DNA of 64,000 nt, from positions 330 through 64,329 of the forward strand of contig JAKQTR010000051.1 of assembly GCA_029562975.1 (NCBI GenBank). The letters are read 5' to 3'. Both the position numbers and the translations under genes were made by a program. Shown one piece after another: positions 17,824 through 26,923 of the stretch (position 1 is its first letter; each line of letters begins with the position of its first letter). The notes beneath the pieces were generated by a model, which did no database searches, was not told the DNA's origin, and was given only the letters and a program-made list of their open reading frames with translations. The stretch is from Acidobacteriota bacterium (GTDB lineage Bacteria > Acidobacteriota > Vicinamibacteria > Vicinamibacterales > JAKQTR01).

Positions 17824-20766
17824 CTACCCGCCAACCGGGATGCCGCCCGCCGCCGCGCGCTGCTGCGCCGAGGGCGCGGGCGGGAACGTCAGCGTGAAGC
17901 GCGTCCCCTCGCCGGGGCGGCTGTCGCACGCGATGGTGCCGTCGTGCTCCCCGACGATGCCGTACGTGATGGAGAGGCCGAGGCCGGTCCCCTGGCCGAG
18001 GCCCTTGGTGGTGAAGAACGGGTCGTAGATGCGCGCGAGGTGCTCCTGCGGGATGCCCGCGCCGGTGTCGGCCACCTCGACCCGCACGCGCTCGCCCTCG
18101 GCCCTGGTCGCCACCGACAGCCAGCCGCCGCGCGGCATGGCGTCCCGCGCGTTGATGAACAGGTTCAGGAACACCTGCTGCAGCTTGTGCTCGACGCCGT
18201 GGACCACCGGCGCGGCCGCATCGAGATCGCGGCGGATCTGGATGTTCACCGCCTTCAGCTGGTGCTCGAGCAGCGAGAGGACGTCGCTGACGACCGCGTT
18301 CAGATCGACGGGCACGCGCTCGTCGCCGCTGCGGCCGCCGCGGGCCAGCGTCAGCAGGCCGTTGACGATCTTCGCCGCCCGGAACGTCTGGCGCTCGATC
18401 TTCTCGAGGAGCTTCGTCTGCGGATCGTCCGGATCGGCGCGGTCGAGGAGCATCTGGGTGTAGCTGGAAATCCCCGTGAGCGGCGTGTTCACCTCGTGGG
18501 CCACGCCCGCCGCCAGCAGGCCGATCGACGCCATCTTGTCGGAGATCTGCAGCTGCTCCTCGAGCCGGGCGCGGGTCGTCACGTCCTCGAACACCACCAC
18601 CCAGCCGTCCGCCTGCTCCGCGCCGGCCGGGTCCGGCTCGAGCGGCACGGCGACGACGTTGACCAGGAGCCCCTTGTCGTGGCGCGCCCGCGGGTGCGGC
18701 TGGAGCGGAACGCGGTAGAGCGCGGCGCCCGCCGGGTTCGCCCGGCGCACCGACGCCAGCCCTTCGACAAGCGGCGCCCCGAGCAGCTCGCCAAGCCCGC
18801 GGCCGGCCGCCTCGGCGCGCCGCACGCCGGTCAGCCGTTCGAGGGCGCGGTTCCAGCGGACCACCCGGTCGCCCGCATCCACGACGGCCAGTCCGTTCCC
18901 GAGCGACTCGAGGATGTTCTCGTTCGACTGGCGCATGCGCTCGACCTGGTCCGCCTGCGCCCGGAGCTGCTCGTAGAGGCGCCCGTTCTCGATGGCGGTG
19001 CCCACCTGGGCGGCCACGGCCAGCAGCAGCGCCATGTCCTCGCTGCTCAGGGGCTCGCCCCGCTCCTTGCGCCCGAGCGCCAGCACCGCCACGGTGGTCT
19101 GTTTCGAGACGCAGGGGACGACGTAATGCACGCCGCGGCCCCTCCAGTCCTCGACGTCCTCCGCGCCCGCCCGGCGCGCCGACGCCGGGTCGTCCAGCGC
19201 CACGGCGTGGCCCCCGCGCGCGCGCCCGCCCACGCCCCCATCCAGGCGCATGGCCGGGGGCTCGCCGACGAACCCCACCGAGCGGATCGGGCGGAACGCG
19301 CCGGACGCTTCGTCGGCCACCATCAGGGCGATGCGGTCGACCACCAGGGTCTCCGAGATCCGCGCCACCAGACGCTCGCTCAGCCGCCCCAGATCCAGGT
19401 CCGTGCTCAGGTCCCGGGCGAACCCCACCAGCGCCCGGCGGTAGTCGTAGCGGTCGCGGTAGAGCGCGCGGTCCAGCATGTTCTGCGCGACGTCCTTCAT
19501 GGGCCGGGCCAGCAGCACGACGACGAGCGTCGCCAGGACCGCGACGACCGCGTTCGCGGGGCCGTTCGGGAACGCCCAGCCGGCGGCCTTCAGGAGGATC
19601 CCGTAGAGCGCCACCGCGCCGGCCGCCGCCGCCGTGTAGACCAGGCCGCGCTTGATGATGACCTCGACGTCCCACAGGCGGTAACGCACGATGGCGGACG
19701 CGAACGCGAGCGGAATCAGCCCGAGGGGCACGGCGAGCAGTTCCAGCTGGACCGACGGCGTCGCCCCGAGGGCGAACGGCAGCGCGTAGCCGAGCGTGAA
19801 CGGCGCGCCGCCGACCAGCGTGCCGCCCAGGATCCACCGCACCTGGCGCCGCGCCGTCACCGACTTCACGCGCGAGGTCGCATGCCCCAGGACGGCGAGC
19901 GCGGTGAGCAGGCAGGCACCGAGGTACAGCGGCTCGACCCGGTCGAGCCACGCCACGACGCGCACCAGCCCGGCCCTGCCGCCCATCCCCGTAATGGCCA
20001 GCACCCGCGCGGTGAGCATCACCAGCGACGGCAGGTAGACGAGCGGCAGCAGCCGGCTCCCGAGCGGCGAGCGGGCCCAGCTGCCCGCCCGCTCTGGGAA
20101 GACGAGCGCGAAGTGCAGCAGCAGCGGCCCGAGCGCCAGCAGCGCCGCCGCGTCGGCCCAGTAGAACAGCCAGTCCAGGCGGTCGAGCTTGCCCGAGAAC
20201 GAGAACGTGAACACGCCGAAAAACGCGACCGAGAGCCAGAAAAGGTGCCAGGACGACGGGTCGGCGGGCCGCCCCAGCAGCCGCACCCAGGCGCCCACCA
20301 GCAGCGTGAAGATGCCGACGGCGGCCAGGATGAAGTACAGGACGCTGTTGCCCTGCGGAACGTGCGTGAGGCGGACCTCGACGATCTCGCGGGCCCCCAG
20401 CCGCAGCAGCGTGTAGGTCAGTGGCGTCGCGGCGCCGGCCCGCCGGGCCGCCAGGGCGACGTCGGCGGGGCTGTCAACCGGCTGGCCGTCGATCGCAAGC
20501 AGGACGTCCCCCGCCCTGACCCCGGCTCTCCCCGCGGCGGCGCGATCGGCTAGCTCCACCGCCGTGACGCCGTGCGGCCGCGCGAGCCACAGCACGCCGT
20601 CCTCGAACTCGTGCCACGTCGCGCGCACGTAGACGTTCGCCAGCCCCAGGCCGGCCAGCACGATCACCAGCGCCAGCGCCGCGAACCAGCCGACCGGGCT
20701 CGGCCGGCTGGCGGTACCGGCCGGCCGCCTGGATTCCGCCGTCCTGGAATAGTCGTCGAACATCAC
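17824..20766 (-). CDS. sensor histidine kinase: TM1, periplasmic PDZ, multi-TM block, GAF, PAS, HisKA, HATPase
   Basis: PDZ-like GVRAGDVLLAIDGQPV after the first TM segment, then about 8 hydrophobic segments. H-box AAGVAHEVNTPL, N/G boxes NLFINARDAM...DTGAGIP...GTGLGLS. ATG 20763 is an alternative start. Confidence 0.85.
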   Translation of the reverse strand: MMFDDYSRTAESRRPAGTASRPSPVGWFAALALVIVLAGLGLANVYVRATWHEFEDGVLWLARPHGVTAVELADRAAAGRAGVRAGDVLLAIDGQPVDSPADVALAARRAGAATPLTYTLLRLGAREIVEVRLTHVPQGNSVLYFILAAVGIFTLLVGAWVRLLGRPADPSSWHLFWLSVAFFGVFTFSFSGKLDRLDWLFYWADAAALLALGPLLLHFALVFPERAGSWARSPLGSRLLPLVYLPSLVMLTARVLAITGMGGRAGLVRVVAWLDRVEPLYLGACLLTALAVLGHATSRVKSVTARRQVRWILGGTLVGGAPFTLGYALPFALGATPSVQLELLAVPLGLIPLAFASAIVRYRLWDVEVIIKRGLVYTAAAAGAVALYGILLKAAGWAFPNGPANAVVAVLATLVVVLLARPMKDVAQNMLDRALYRDRYDYRRALVGFARDLSTDLDLGRLSERLVARISETLVVDRIALMVADEASGAFRPIRSVGFVGEPPAMRLDGGVGGRARGGHAVALDDPASARRAGAEDVEDWRGRGVHYVVPCVSKQTTVAVLALGRKERGEPLSSEDMALLLAVAAQVGTAIENGRLYEQLRAQADQVERMRQSNENILESLGNGLAVVDAGDRVVRWNRALERLTGVRRAEAAGRGLGELLGAPLVEGLASVRRANPAGAALYRVPLQPHPRARHDKGLLVNVVAVPLEPDPAGAEQADGWVVVFEDVTTRARLEEQLQISDKMASIGLLAAGVAHEVNTPLTGISSYTQMLLDRADPDDPQTKLLEKIERQTFRAAKIVNGLLTLARGGRSGDERVPVDLNAVVSDVLSLLEHQLKAVNIQIRRDLDAAAPVVHGVEHKLQQVFLNLFINARDAMPRGGWLSVATRAEGERVRVEVADTGAGIPQEHLARIYDPFFTTKGLGQGTGLGLSITYGIVGEHDGTIACDSRPGEGTRFTLTFPPAPSAQQRAAAGGIPVGG

Positions 20767-20797
20767 GTTCGGGCGCAGTCCTGCCTACGGCAGGCGC

Positions 20798-20813
20798 AGC
20801 AATCGACATACCA
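20798..20813 (-). promoter_or_regulatory. sigma-54 promoter TGGTATG-N4-TTGCT upstream of the kinase gene
   Basis: Minus strand reads CTGGTATGTCGATTGCTG with GG and GC spaced as in the TGGCAC-N5-TTGC consensus. The -12 element lies about 33 nt upstream of the start codon. Confidence 0.6.
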
Positions 20814-20961
20814 GCGGCGCACCGCCCGGCATGTCATGTGAGTCCTGTGAAACCAGCCATTTGCGCATCTTCTTCGCCGCCGAACCGAGACGGAATCCAA
20901 CGCCGCGAATGACCCCTTCAACCGAGTGGATCGCTCGCGGGCCGGCCTGGGCTGAACGGGG

Positions 20962-22914
20962 CTAGAAACGGACCCGGAGGCCTCCTACCACTCGGGTGGG
21001 CGGGCGGATCACGAGAAGCTCGTCGTACATGGAGCGCTCGCCGGCTGCGTCGCTGAACAGGTTGCAGACGGCCAGCAGGACTTCCCAGTCGGCCTGCGTG
21101 AAGCGGAGGAACGGCAGCGACTGGTTGACCTGCACGTCGAAGCGCCGGTCGGGGCCCGCCTTCTGAGCGTCGGGCGCCTGGCGGGCGAACCCGGAGTTCA
21201 GCTTGTACAGCACGAAAATCCGCGTGGCGGTCGGCGCCACGTCCGTTTCAAGCGACGCCGTCAAATCGCGGACGGCCGCGCCGTCCGGCTGGCCGCCCGC
21301 GCCGAACCACTGGGCGATCGCGTTCGCGGCCCCGCCGATCCACTCGGGACGCATCTCCGAGTACTCGACCGACCCGCGCACGGCCCCCAGGAACGGCCGG
21401 CTCACCCTGATGCCCCAGCCGTCGGCGGTCACGTCGCCGAGCGTGGCAAGGTAGTAGTGGCTCTGGCTGGCGGACGGCTGGGCCACGGAGGGAGCGGCGA
21501 ACAGCGCACCGGCCTGGTTCCGCACGCTCTGCCGGAACGCCCTCACCCCGACGACGTAGGCCGCGATGTCGTGCTCGACGCCGAGCTCGAAATGGTCCGT
21601 CGTCTGCGCGTGGAGGCCGTCGCGGGGCGACCAGGGCGAGAACGCGCGCTGCGCCGGCAGCCACAGACCGGCCGGCGAGTTCAGCGCGTGGAGGAACTCG
21701 TCCGAGCCCGGCGCCAAGGCGGACCGGGAAAGCACGGCCTTGACCCGGAACCGATCGGCGGGACTGACCGTCACGGCCACCCGCGGGCTCAACAGCCGCT
21801 GCGACGGGAGGTAGTCCTGCCACAAGTAGGACAGCCCGTACCCGAACCCGACCCGCTTCGAGACGGCCCACTCGTCGAACGCGTAGACGCGGCCAATCGA
21901 CCGCGAGACGCTCCCGATCGCGTTGAAGGCGAACGGCTCGGCCGTGGTGATCCGCTGGCTGCTGTAGGCCAGGCCGGCCACGTAGCGATGGCTGCCGAGC
22001 GTCCGGCCGACCAGGGAGCCGTCCACGAACCAGGACCCGACGTTGCCGGGGCTCGTCGCGGCGCTCACCGACCACGAACCGAGCGCGCCGGCGCGAGACC
22101 CAATCGAGAGGTACGCCACCGTCGACGACTCGATCGAATTCGAAGGCGTTCGCGGATCGAAGGCCGGGCCGCCGAACGAGCTGGTGGTGACGAGGTTCAC
22201 CTGCCCGGTCAGGGGGAAGTCGTTGAACAGCGACGCCGCGTATCGTGCCGACGGCACGAACAGCCGGGCGGTGAACGGCTCGCGCGCCGGATCGTCGGCC
22301 TGGGCCTCTGCCCGGGCCGGCGCCGCGACGTCGATGTCGATGGTCTTCAGGACGCCGCGCTTCAGGTGGCGGAGCCGCCAGGCGGTCTCGCTGCGATCGG
22401 CCTCCCCCTCGTCCGCCCCCGAGGGCTCGGGCGGCGCGGCGGGCGACTCCGCGGCGAACGAAACCAGGCCCGCTGCCAGGACCCGGCGCCCGTCCGGCGT
22501 GTCGGGCGGCCTGGCGAGCGTCTTCATGGCCACCGACACGATCGACGGCGCGGCGGCGGGCCCCACCTCCACCATCTGGCGCGGCGACGGGGCGAAACCG
22601 TCGAGATGCACCCGCACGACGTAGGCCCCTGGCGGCAGCGCGCTCAGCAGGAATCGGCCGTCGCGGTCGGTCAGGGCGAACGCGACCGTGGAGCCGAGCG
22701 CCGACACCATGGCGCCCCCGAGCGGCCGGCCCTGGGTGTCGAGGACCAGGCCCCGGATGGCTCCGACGCCGGCGCGGGTGAGCGTGGCGTCGGCAGACGG
22801 GGCGGCAGGCGGGGGGGCAGACGGGGCGGCAGACGGCTGGGCGCCCGCCGGCACGGACGACGAGACGAGGCACACGAGGCCCGCCGCAGCCACGAGCGTG
22901 GGGAGGCGTCTCAT
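20962..22914 (-). CDS. outer-membrane protein with an N-terminal carboxypeptidase-regulatory-like domain and a putative beta-barrel
   Basis: Signal peptide ...SSSVPAGAQP. GLVLDTQGRPLGGAMV...TDRDGRFLLSALPPGAYVVRV (CarboxypepD_reg-like). Alternating beta-strand character and a C-terminal ...GGLRVRF. Confidence 0.65.
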   Translation of the reverse strand: MRRLPTLVAAAGLVCLVSSSVPAGAQPSAAPSAPPPAAPSADATLTRAGVGAIRGLVLDTQGRPLGGAMVSALGSTVAFALTDRDGRFLLSALPPGAYVVRVHLDGFAPSPRQMVEVGPAAAPSIVSVAMKTLARPPDTPDGRRVLAAGLVSFAAESPAAPPEPSGADEGEADRSETAWRLRHLKRGVLKTIDIDVAAPARAEAQADDPAREPFTARLFVPSARYAASLFNDFPLTGQVNLVTTSSFGGPAFDPRTPSNSIESSTVAYLSIGSRAGALGSWSVSAATSPGNVGSWFVDGSLVGRTLGSHRYVAGLAYSSQRITTAEPFAFNAIGSVSRSIGRVYAFDEWAVSKRVGFGYGLSYLWQDYLPSQRLLSPRVAVTVSPADRFRVKAVLSRSALAPGSDEFLHALNSPAGLWLPAQRAFSPWSPRDGLHAQTTDHFELGVEHDIAAYVVGVRAFRQSVRNQAGALFAAPSVAQPSASQSHYYLATLGDVTADGWGIRVSRPFLGAVRGSVEYSEMRPEWIGGAANAIAQWFGAGGQPDGAAVRDLTASLETDVAPTATRIFVLYKLNSGFARQAPDAQKAGPDRRFDVQVNQSLPFLRFTQADWEVLLAVCNLFSDAAGERSMYDELLVIRPPTRVVGGLRVRF

Positions 22915-22981
22915 CCCATCTCTCGCCAGTTCGTCACCGGCCTCGCCGACGCGTCCGCCGGCAGGCTCCGGCCCCTCGGCG

Positions 22982-24076
22982 TCAGGCCGTGACGGTGAAC
23001 GACACGTTGTGCGTGATCGACTTGCCCGACAGCTTGTCGGTCACCGTGACCTCGAGCCGGTACTCGCCCTCCGGGAAGCTCCCGAGCGGCAGCGACTGGC
23101 CCGCCACCAGCTGATGCCCCAGCGCGGGATCGAACTGCGGCGGCAGCGTCTTCGCGTTGAACACCTGCGGGTTCGTCCTGTTGAAGAATTTCTCGCCGTT
23201 CTCGGCAGCCGCGTCCTTCTGGTAGAAGTTGTAGTCCACGCTCACGTCCGGCTTCTTGTCGGCGTCCATCGCGGTGTTGTAGATCAGGAACAGCAGCGAG
23301 ATCTCGCCCTTCTTCGTGAACCTGTTCACCAGCGCCGGCGTGATCTGCGTGAAGCCGAACGTGTACGGCTGCTCGATCTGCTGCTCGCGGGTCAGCGGCT
23401 CGGTCAGCGTCTCGACCTTGTCCGCCACGATGATCGAGCTCGTCAGGAGGCTGTCGGTCCAGAGGTTCGGCACGGCCACGGTCTGCTTGAGGATGCCCAT
23501 CTTGGTCGGCGTCTTCTCGCGGTTCTTGGCGTCGATGGGCAGGCGCTCCTTCAGCGCAAGATACACGTCGTACTCGCCGGGCAGCACTGCGAATGCGCGG
23601 CTGATCTTGAACGGATCGCCCGGCTTGGCCGGCGCGGCCGCCGTGATGAACGACGCGTCCTGGTGCACGAACTCCGGCCCCGCGCCTTTCTTGTTCCTGT
23701 CGTCCTTCTTGGCGTCGGGCGCAGAGGCGGCCGGCGGCGTCTTGGCCACGACGCGCACGAAGAACGTCACGTTCTGGCCCGGCGGAACCTGCGACGGGTC
23801 GACCGTCACCGTGAACGGCACGAACGTCTTCCCGTCCTGGGCCTTGAGAAAGTCGCTGCGGAACGTCAGTGCGTAGTCCGTCGGAGCCGGCTCCTGCCCC
23901 ATCAGCACGGCGTTCGAGACCTTGATGATGGCATCGAGGTCGGCTTCCTGGGCCTTCAGGACTTTCTTGTCGACCTTCTGAGCCTGCTGCTGGGCGACGA
24001 CGGGCACGAACGCCACCGCGGACAGGATGCACAGGATGATGATCAGCGGCGTCAGTCCCCACCGGCGATTGCTCAT
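22982..24076 (-). CDS. hypothetical secreted protein (signal/anchor N-terminus, beta-rich)
   Basis: MSNRRWGLTPLIIILCILSAVAFVPVVAQQQ... Start ATG 24076 is supported by a GGGGAG RBS and the sigma-70 promoter at 24126-24154. The upstream part of ORF 22982..24562 is an artefact. Confidence 0.6.
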   Translation of the reverse strand: MSNRRWGLTPLIIILCILSAVAFVPVVAQQQAQKVDKKVLKAQEADLDAIIKVSNAVLMGQEPAPTDYALTFRSDFLKAQDGKTFVPFTVTVDPSQVPPGQNVTFFVRVVAKTPPAASAPDAKKDDRNKKGAGPEFVHQDASFITAAAPAKPGDPFKISRAFAVLPGEYDVYLALKERLPIDAKNREKTPTKMGILKQTVAVPNLWTDSLLTSSIIVADKVETLTEPLTREQQIEQPYTFGFTQITPALVNRFTKKGEISLLFLIYNTAMDADKKPDVSVDYNFYQKDAAAENGEKFFNRTNPQVFNAKTLPPQFDPALGHQLVAGQSLPLGSFPEGEYRLEVTVTDKLSGKSITHNVSFTVTA

Positions 24077-24125
24077 GATTACGCTACTCCCCGTCTTGCC
24101 TTCCACCATGGTCGGGCACCCGTCG

Positions 24126-24154
24126 ATCATAGGCCCAAGGCCACGCCGTGTCAA
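24126..24154 (-). promoter_or_regulatory. sigma-70 promoter TTGACA-N17-TATGAT
   Basis: Minus strand: TTGACA (24154-24149), a 17-nt spacer, TATGAT (24131-24126). About 50 nt upstream of ATG 24076. Confidence 0.55.
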
Positions 24155-24276
24155 AGGTTTGCGCCGATTGGCTGTGCTAAGATTCCGTCGCGTCCGCCGG
24201 CCCGGCGTTTGCGCCTGCCCGGCGGCCGGGCGGCCGGCCGGGCCGCGGCCCGGCCTCGGCCGCGGGGCGCGTGGGA

Positions 24277-25299
24277 ATGGAAGCGAACGCTCGCGACAAC
24301 ACGCTCCTCGACGTCCGGGCCCTGGCGGTGGAGTTCGCCGCGCCCCGCCGGGGCCTGCGCGCGTCCATCGGCCGTGCCCCTCGCGCCGGCGTCCGGGTCG
24401 TGGACGGCGTGAGTCTCCACATCGCCCGCGGCGAGACCCTCGGCCTCGTCGGCGAGTCGGGGTCGGGCAAGTCGATGACGGCCCTGGCCCTCGCGGGCCT
24501 GGTTCCGAAGCCCGGCCGGATCGCCGGCGGCACGGTGCGTTTCGAGGGGCGCGAGCTGACATCGCTCCGGGAAGCCGAGTGGCGGCGGATCCGGGGCGCC
24601 CGCATCGGGTTCGTCTTCCAGGAGCCCTCGTCGGCCCTCAACCCGGTGTTCACCATCGGGAGCCAGGTCGCGGAGGCGCTGGAGGTGCACGGCCGCGCGT
24701 CGGGCTCCGCGGCCCGCGCCCGGGCCGTCGAGCTGCTGGACGCCGTTCGCATCCCCCGTCCGGCGGCGCGCGCGGACGATTACCCCCATCAGTGGTCCGG
24801 CGGCATGAAGCAGCGCGCCCTGCTCGCCGCCGCCATCGCGTGCGACCCGGCGCTCCTCATCGCCGACGAGCCGACCACGGCGCTCGACGTGCGCATCCAG
24901 GCGGAGATCCTCGATCTGCTCGCGGAGCTGCGCGATCGCCTCGGGTTGTCGCTCCTCGTCGTGACTCACGACTTCGGCGTCGTGGAGCGCCTGGCGGATC
25001 GCGTGGCCGTCATGTACGCCGGCCGCGCCGTCGAGAGCGGGCCCGCGCGGGAGGTCCTCGCCGCGCCGTCCCATCCCTACACGCGGGGGCTGCTGGCGTC
25101 GCGGCCCGGGGCCACGCCGGGCCGTCGCCTGGCGGCGATCCCGGGCAGCGTGCCCGATCCGGCCGCCCTGCCGAGAGGCTGCGCCTTCGCCCCGCGCTGC
25201 CCCGAGCGGATCGAGGCGTGCGACGAGCGGCGGCCGGGCGCAACGGCAATCGCCCCCGGCCGCGAGGTCCGCTGCCTCCTGAGGGAAGGGACCGCGTGA
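24277..25299 (+). CDS. oligopeptide/dipeptide-type ABC transporter ATP-binding protein (DppD/OppD family)
   Basis: GESGSGKSMTALAL Walker A, QWSGGMKQR signature, LLIADEPTTALD, and a C-terminal HPYTRGLL oligopeptide-ABC extension. Confidence 0.85.
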   Translation: MEANARDNTLLDVRALAVEFAAPRRGLRASIGRAPRAGVRVVDGVSLHIARGETLGLVGESGSGKSMTALALAGLVPKPGRIAGGTVRFEGRELTSLREAEWRRIRGARIGFVFQEPSSALNPVFTIGSQVAEALEVHGRASGSAARARAVELLDAVRIPRPAARADDYPHQWSGGMKQRALLAAAIACDPALLIADEPTTALDVRIQAEILDLLAELRDRLGLSLLVVTHDFGVVERLADRVAVMYAGRAVESGPAREVLAAPSHPYTRGLLASRPGATPGRRLAAIPGSVPDPAALPRGCAFAPRCPERIEACDERRPGATAIAPGREVRCLLREGTA

Positions 25300-26117
25300 T
25301 GGCGATGGTGGAGGTGCGCGGCCTCGAGAAGCACTTCGTGCGGCGGGCGGCGCCCTGGGGGCGGCCGACGCGCGTCACGGCGGTGGACGGCTTCGACTTG
25401 TCCATCGAGGAGGGCGAGATCGTCGGCCTGGTCGGCGAATCGGGCAGCGGCAAGACGACGGCCGGCCGGTGTCTGCTGCGGCTCGTCGAGCCGTCGGCCG
25501 GTTCGTTCGCGTTCCGCGGCGAGGACGTCTTCGCGATGCCGCCGGCGCGGCTGCGCCAGGCCCGGCGTCAGATGCAAATGGTCTTTCAGGACCCTGAATC
25601 GTCGCTCGACCCGCGGATGCGTGCGGGCGCGATCGTCGAGGAAGGCCTCGTGATCCACGGCCTCGGGACCCCGGCCGAACGGCGTGGGCGGGTGCGCGAG
25701 ATGCTCGAGCTGGTCGGCCTGGATGCGAACCGCGCCGACCGCTACCCGCACGAGTTCAGCGGCGGCGAGCGCCAGCGCCTCGGCCTCGCGCGCGCCCTGG
25801 CCCTCGCGCCGAGCTTCCTCGTGGCCGACGAGCCGGTGTCGTCGCTGGACCTGTCCATCCAGGCGCAGATCGTCAACTTGTTCATGGACCTGCAGCAGCA
25901 GCTCGGGCTGACGCTGCTGTTCATCACGCACGACCTGCGCCTAGTGCGCCACCTTTGCAACCGCGTCGTCGTGATGCACCGCGGCCGCACCGTCGGCGCC
26001 GGCCCCGCCGCCGACGTCGACCGCCTGTGGGGACAGATCTCGACTGGTGAACCCGCGGGGTCAGATCTCGAATTCCGCAGCCCTCCAGATCGACGGGCTG
26101 CGGAGTTCGAGATCTGA
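25299..26117 (+). CDS. oligopeptide/dipeptide-type ABC transporter ATP-binding protein (DppF/OppF family)
   Basis: GESGSGKTTAGR, FSGGERQRLGLARAL, LVADEPVSSLD. The last ~20 codons are encoded by the palindromic element 26057-26121. Confidence 0.8.
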   Translation: MAMVEVRGLEKHFVRRAAPWGRPTRVTAVDGFDLSIEEGEIVGLVGESGSGKTTAGRCLLRLVEPSAGSFAFRGEDVFAMPPARLRQARRQMQMVFQDPESSLDPRMRAGAIVEEGLVIHGLGTPAERRGRVREMLELVGLDANRADRYPHEFSGGERQRLGLARALALAPSFLVADEPVSSLDLSIQAQIVNLFMDLQQQLGLTLLFITHDLRLVRHLCNRVVVMHRGRTVGAGPAADVDRLWGQISTGEPAGSDLEFRSPPDRRAAEFEI

Positions 26118-26121
26118 CCCC
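26057..26121. repeat. GGGGTCAGATC-family palindrome: 27-bp stem (one G-U position), 11-nt loop; probable bidirectional terminator
   Basis: GGGGTCAGATCTCGAATTCCGCAGCCC ... GGGCTGCGGAGTTCGAGATCTGACCCC between convergent genes. A partial extra copy GGGGACAGATCTCGA lies at 26028-26042. Confidence 0.8.
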
Positions 26122-26802
26122 CTAACGGCGCTCGTCGATTTCCACCTTGCCGTCGCGGATGTGGATGATCCGCTTCGCGTGGCGGGCGATGTCCGCCTCG
26201 TGCGTGACGAGGATGATGGTGTTGTTTGCCGCGTGCAGCCGGTCGAACAGCGTCATGATCTCGACGCCCGTCTTCGAGTCGAGGTTGCCGGTCGGCTCGT
26301 CGGCCAGCAGGATGGAGGGGTTGTTCACGAGCGCCCGCGCGATGGCGACGCGCTGGCGCTGGCCTCCCGAGAGCTGGTTCGGCCGGTGCGTCATCCGGTC
26401 CGCCAGCTCGACTTTCTCCAGGGCGGTCTTCGCCCGATCGAGGCGGGTCTTCGCGGGCACCCCGGCGTACACGAGGGGCAGTTCCACGTTGTGGAGCGCC
26501 GTGGCCCGCGGCAGCAGGTTGAACGTCTGGAACACGAAGCCGATCTCCTCGTTCCGGATGCGCGCCAGCTCGTCGTCGTCCATCTGGCCCACCTGCTTGC
26601 CGTTGAGCAGGTAGCTGCCCTTGCTGGGCGTGTCGAGACAGCCGATCAGGTTCATGAGGGTGGACTTCCCCGAGCCCGACGGACCCATGATCGCCACGTA
26701 CTCGCCGCGCTCGATGGTCACGTCGACGCCGCGTAGCGCGTGGATTTCCTCGGTCCCCACCACGTAGGTCTTCCACAGGTCGGTCGTTTCAATCAGCGCC
26801 AT
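26122..26802 (-). CDS. MacB/LolD-family ABC transporter ATP-binding protein
   Basis: [13 protein letters not shown]..., [38 protein letters not shown]. Start ATG 26802 inside ORF 26122..26880. Confidence 0.85.
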   Translation of the reverse strand: MALIETTDLWKTYVVGTEEIHALRGVDVTIERGEYVAIMGPSGSGKSTLMNLIGCLDTPSKGSYLLNGKQVGQMDDDELARIRNEEIGFVFQTFNLLPRATALHNVELPLVYAGVPAKTRLDRAKTALEKVELADRMTHRPNQLSGGQRQRVAIARALVNNPSILLADEPTGNLDSKTGVEIMTLFDRLHAANNTIILVTHEADIARHAKRIIHIRDGKVEIDERR

Positions 26803-26923
26803 AAGCCGTCGTCCACCCCGCGGGCCGGGAGGGGTCCCGGGCCGTCGGCCTCTATGATCGATCACAGACGGGAAACGCACCCGCGCGGTTCCTGCCCCTC
26901 CGAAAGAGTACCACGCGGAGTCC

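Noticed and set aside
16401-20766. Assigning the kinase/regulator pair as the PEP-CTERM-system PrsK/PrsR.
   Set aside because: The pairing is attractive because a PEP-CTERM protein, an ExeA-like ATPase and a TPR protein are nearby. However, the kinase has a PDZ input domain and no exosortase is in the window. The assignment cannot be made from architecture alone.
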